A DNA stretch of 64,000 bases. Source: Macrostomum lignano. Taxonomy: Eukaryota. This document shows, piece after piece, positions 59,162 to 64,000 of the stretch. The position numbers and the translations under genes are program-made. The notes beneath the pieces are model-generated. The model was given only the letters and a program-made list of their open reading frames with translations, was not told the origin of the DNA and did not search any database. Positions within the stretch are counted from its first letter, which is position 1. Every line of letters starts with the position of its first letter. Location: positions 186,001 through 250,000 of the forward strand of contig NIVC01000019.1 in the NCBI GenBank assembly GCA_002269645.1, read 5' to 3'.

Positions 59162-59560
59162 TAGAGGTCAGACGGGATTGAAATCTTCGGGCGGGATTGG
59201 GATAGGGAATAATTTTTTTCTCGGGATCGGGATCGGGATCGGGATTCGGGAATCAGGATCAGGTCTTTTAGTGTATTGTCCATGTAAAGTTAAACAAAAT
59301 TGAGAAAAGATTGTCAAGATCAAGAAGTAAAACACAACGAAATTGATATGAAGTTTTGTAACCAACAAAGTAAATAATGTAACGAGTACAAGTTAAAGCA
59401 AAATACCTTCAAGTAATCACTAATTCTATAAATTATTAATCGAAAGACCTGTTCCCGAATCTCGAGTTTTTTAGGGTCGGGATTCTGGTTCCGCAGGAAT
59501 TCAATTTTCCTTGGGATCCCAAGATTTCGGGATTGGGATCGGGATCCCGTCCGACCTCTA
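59162..59560. mobile_element. hAT MITE (399 bp)
   Basis: 17-bp TIR TAGAGGTC(A/G)GACGGGAT; perfect 8-bp TSD CTACAAGG; GGGATC subterminal repeats. Confidence 0.9.
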
Positions 59561-60292
59561 CTACAAGGGCCAAAATGCATTGGCAATTGAATTAAAGTAA
59601 ATAAAAACAAGTTAATGTTTGTTCTCTCATTAATCTAGCTTATTTTTTTGTTTTTTTACTTATATTGTTTCATTGTGTTAAAATAGTTTTTATACTTAAA
59701 ATATATTCTTTTATATAAGACATGATCTTGACTATGAAATAAAGTTAAAGTATTATTAGAATCCTAAGTTATAGAAGTATGAATGCTTCATATTTTATAT
59801 GAAGTTGAAAGGTTATATAAGATAGGATAAAATTTTTAAATTAGGCAAGAGTATGATTGGGGACCCTAATTTTTTAAGATTCTAAAATTAATATAATAAA
59901 TAAAGGGAGTCTATCTAAAAGGTATAGCGATTAGCTGATTGCAAAAATGGCCTACTTTCTAATAGGCAATCAAATCATTTATACCAAAAATTTAATACAT
60001 GTTTGAACTAGGGATTTGGGGTCAATATATGCTGGAATTAATTCTCTATCAATATTTTATATATTGTTAGTATTTTATATCATACTGGAAAGGAAGGATT
60101 TCACAGCAAAACTGCCACTCTGATAACCCACTTCCATTTTTAGACCAAGTTGGTGACAGGGCTGTTTTTCAAGCTGTATTTGCAATAATAGCTTTTCTGT
60201 TTTTTACAAGGCATGCTGTCTTACCCATGAACTTTTTTTATATTGTTTTTGCATGTGCTGAAGCTTCTTTGCTAATCAAAAGACCAGCAAGA

Positions 60293-62350
60293 ATGTCTTA
60301 CAATCCTGATCCAAAGCAGCAGCCGCCTACAAACTCTGCTCCCTATCCAGCGCCTCCACCCTCCTACCAGCAGGCCATGTATACGGGTGATCAGGTGGCT
60401 GTTGTCATGCCGCCAGCAACTGGCCAGCAGTCTCAGCCTGAGCAGCATCAGGACGGCGGTGGCTTCGCCTTCAATGACAAATCTATTAGACGAGGCTTCA
60501 TCCGCAAAGTCTACCTGATCTTGAGCGCCCAGTTAGCCTTCACCTTTGGTATAGTGCTGCTAGTTAGTCTGGTGCCGGCTTTGCGTGAATTTGCCCGAGA
60601 CCACAGGTGGATTGCCTACATTGCCTACGCTGTGTTCATCGTTCTGTACATCATGCTGGTCTGCATGATGTCGCTTAGGCGCAAATATCCATGGAATATG
60701 GTGGCTCTGACTGTGTTTACCGTGGCTCTCACCTTTGTGGCTGCCGTGATTGCCGCTCAGTACAGCACCAATTCGGTGCGTGTTGCAATTCGGACTGGAA
60801 TCGTGGCTCAGTCTCGGGGGGGGGGGGTTGCTACGATTCAAGGCTTATGGGGGGATTGCTGAAATTCTGCGGCTCATAGATACCTAAATACCTGACTTTC
60901 AGGATGGATGATTTTTCTTTATAATCTTCCTTAGGAAATTAGCAATAGCGACGACTGTACAAGTACACGATCAAAACCTACATATATTCATTTTTTCTTT
61001 CTAATCCTGCTTAATTTCTTAGGTCGCAGAAGGTACCCAAGCCGAAAGTCATGCTTCAAATTCTAAATCAAACCTTAACACCCGGAACCCAACCCAAACA
61101 TTCTACACGGAACCCGACCCGGACACCCGGAACCCAACCCAAACATTCTACACGGAACCCAACCCGGACACCCGGAACCCAACCCAAACATTCTACACGG
61201 AACCCAACCCGGACACCCGGAACCCAACCCAAACATTCTACACGGAACCCAACCCGGACACCCGGAACCCAACCCAAACATTCTACACGGAACCCAACCC
61301 GAACACCATACATGGAACCCAACCCTAACACCATACATGGAACCCAACCCTAACACCATACATGGAACCCAACCCGAACACCATACATGGAACCCAACCC
61401 TAACACCATACATGGAACCCAACCCTAACACCATACATGGAACCCAACCCGAACACCATACATGGAACCCAACCCTAACACCATACATGGAACCCAACCC
61501 TAACACCATACATGGAACCCAACCCGAAAACCATACATGGAACCCAACCCGAACACCATACATGGAACCCAACCCTAACACCATACATGGAACCCAACCC
61601 TAACACCATACATGGAACCCAACCCGAAAACCATACATGGAACCCAACCCGAACACCATACATGGAACCCAACCCGAACACCATACATGGAACCCAACCC
61701 TAACACCAAACATGGAACCCAACCCTAACACCATACATGGAACCAACCCGAACACCATACATGGAACCCAACCCAAACACCTAGAACCTAAGCCGAACAC
61801 CCAGAATACAACTCGAACACAATACATGGAACCTTGAACCCAACCAGAGCACCGTAACCCGAACACAGAACCCGAACCCAAAGCCGGTACCAAAACTTGA
61901 CCCAAAAGTACGCAACAGAACCTATGAGTCAATCAAGATCTGCAATCAATTCACACCTGGCAGGTGCTAATCTGCCTGGGCGTCACCGTTCTGGTCTGCG
62001 TGGGCGTGACGCTGTTCGCCGTGCAGACCCGCATCGACTTCACGATGTGCTCCGGGCTGCTGTTCGGCCTCTGCCTTGTTGTGCTGCTGTTTGGCCTGGC
62101 CTGCGGCATCACCTTCGCTGCCTACCGAGGCCAACCGGGCGACTACCTTAAACTGCGCATCCTGGACTGCGTCTACGGCGGCCTGGTGGCCCTGCTGCTC
62201 ACTCTGTTTCTCATCTTCGACACGCAGAGAGTTATCGGCGGTCGTAAATACAACCTGTCCGAGGAGGAGTACGTTTTCGGAGCTCTGCAGCTGTACATGG
62301 ATGTGGTGTTCATTTTCCTTATTATCCTCGGCCTGGGTGGGGACCGCTGA
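60293..62350 (+). CDS. Lifeguard-type TMBIM/Bax-inhibitor-1 family protein, about 289 aa, 2 exons
   Basis: Exons 60293-60775 and 61964-62350 (phase 0). Pro/Tyr-rich N-terminus with PPPSY, FNDKSIRRGFIRKVYLIL, LRRKYPWN, QTRIDFT, FDTQ, EEYVFGALQLYMD. Confidence 0.92.
61075..61800. repeat. Compound minisatellite in the TMBIM intron (45-bp unit x about 5, then 25-bp unit x about 19)
   Basis: Both units share GGAACCCAACCC; the 25-bp unit is CCATACATGGAACCCAACCC(T/G)AACA. Confidence 0.93.
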
Positions 62351-62924
62351 GCTATTGAGTTGGAGCTTTGCGGCTTAACTGAGACTGAGTAATTCAATTA
62401 TTACTCTAAACAACTAATTATTTCTAAGGGAAATTCAAGACTTTTCAAAGCAGGCACCTCGAGACAGAGTGGTTAGCTGCCCTATGGAATTAGGATTTAT
62501 TGCTTAACTTTGCTGAGCTGCAACTGTGGAGCCATCTAGCGGAGGTCAAGGGTTCAGTTGCCTTCCAAAGGGCAGGTATCTTTTCCAGGATATTGCTTGA
62601 GAGTTTTCGACAAAGCTTCGAGATTTATTAGAACTTGTTGGTCGTTTCTTTTCATAAAATCAGGGGGTTTCTAGGAATGGATTGAACTTTTTTGCAGATA
62701 GGAATGGCCTTGCTTGATTATCTTGACTATGAGCTTGACTATTAAAGTTTTCAAAAAGAAGACCGTCTACTATTTTTTGAGTAGTTTGTCTGCGCATTAT
62801 CACTTAAATTTAATGTGGCAGCTAAACTTTCCGTTCCTTTCTTGGGGTTTGCGGCCTCAGGAGTATATATGGGGTTAAGAATAAACAACAAGCATTTAAC
62901 TCAATTGTACACAAGTGAACGCAA

Positions 62925-63520
62925 GACGGACGAAATTCAGTCTGGGGGGACAGGCCCAATCTGGCTCAGCCAATGAGAGAGCAGTAAGGAGAGAGGTCAA
63001 AGTCAGATGGACGAAACTAAGTCTGGGGGGCAGGCCCAGTCTGGATCAGCCAATGAGAGAGCAGTAAGGAGAGAGGTCAAAGTCAGATGGTCGAAACCAA
63101 AGAGTACTGAGGCCGCCTGGTATAGAGTGCCAATAAAGATGAAAATCTGAAGCCGATTTTTGGAATCCACCCGCCCCCTCCGGTCACCGGGCTTTTTGGT
63201 CTATGGCACAAGTTGTGTATCGACGACGGCAACTGAGTCTGGTGACTGAGCGATGTTGTCTTGCTTATTTGATGCATGCATTTTCTAAGTGTGAAATGTC
63301 TTATATTTCTGAGCATCTGCTTTGTACATCATTCTAGCCACAACTTGTGCCATAGACTGGGGGGCTTGGTGACCGGAGGGGGTGGGTGGATTCTAAAAAT
63401 CGGCCTCAGATTTTCATTCTTATTGGCACTCTATACTGGGCGACCTCAATACTCTTTGGTCGAAACTCAGTCTGGGGCGCAGGCCCAATCTGGCTCAGCC
63501 AATAGGAGAGCAGTAAGGAG
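62925..63520. repeat. About 80-bp tandem array interrupted by a MITE
   Basis: Unit GG(A/T)CGAAA..AGTCTGGGGG..CAGGCCCA.TCTGG.TCAGCCAAT..GAGAGCAGTAAGGAG at 62928, 63009, and 63089 resuming at 63459. Confidence 0.85.
63098..63458. mobile_element. Long-arm palindromic MITE, P-superfamily-like (361 bp)
   Basis: Imperfect arms of about 120 bp starting CAAAGAGTA and ending TACTCTTTG; perfect 8-bp TSD GTCGAAAC. CA termini with an 8-bp TSD fit P elements, but hAT is not excluded. Confidence 0.8.
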
Positions 63521-64000
63521 GGCAGAGGAAAGCCAAGCTGTTTTTCGACCTGGCTGGGGGCTCGGGCGCCGCCCCTTTTCTCTCTTGCTCGCTATGCACT
63601 GGATTTGTGGTTTTTATTTTCCTGCAATTTTCAGACTTCAATTGATTTTTTATTACATAAGTGAAGTATCTGATAATTATTCTAATATCTGTGATTGTCT
63701 CTAAGACATGGTTAGTTTCCTAAACTTGACTCATTCTTTTAAGATTAATTTGTTGTTTCCGTGATTTCCTCAGTTGGATCTTCTAGAAATCAGTTAGATG
63801 GTTCTTATAAATGCTGATATGTTTCCATGAATCTGGTATAGCGGATTATCTAAGAATTTTCTATCCTTGTTTAAACATTCGGATATACTTAAAAAGTGCG
63901 ATTTTAAAATCATATATTAATTTGTGTTGTGACCTGTGAATCAATTGTCGGATGTTTCAATGTTGATTATTGTAGAATTTTTATATTTATTAACTAATTA

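Overview
Eukaryotic, AT-rich animal genomic DNA with GC-rich exons and minisatellite-filled introns. This style is reminiscent of the flatworm Macrostomum, but that is an unverified inference. Three host genes: a 9-exon SCYL2/CVAK104 pseudokinase (12466-18399, +), a 3-exon DEG/ENaC channel (45274-51860, -) and a 2-exon Lifeguard/TMBIM gene (60293-62350, +). The centre is a nested retroelement pair. A RNase H-bearing LOA-like LINE on the - strand (about 26458-42000) has an intact ORF2, and its ORF1 is split by a young, apparently complete Gypsy LTR element (31535-41147; LTRs apparently differing by one base; CTTT TSD; tRNA-Leu-like PBS; -1 frameshift gag-pol). The Gypsy element carries an extra non-env ORF3 with NLS-like basic tracts and a U2AF-ligand-like RRRRSRWDE motif, and an acidic repeat insert in pol. 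Around these lie many DNA-transposon derivatives: a MULE with 9-bp TSD and dead transposase, hAT, P-like, Harbinger-like and EnSpm-like MITEs, a Tc1 foldback with 253-bp arms, and a Crypton-like fragment. There are also two tRNA-derived CORE-SINE copies, several tandem arrays and a recurrent CCATAGAC motif. No rRNA, bona fide tRNA or CRISPR array is supported.
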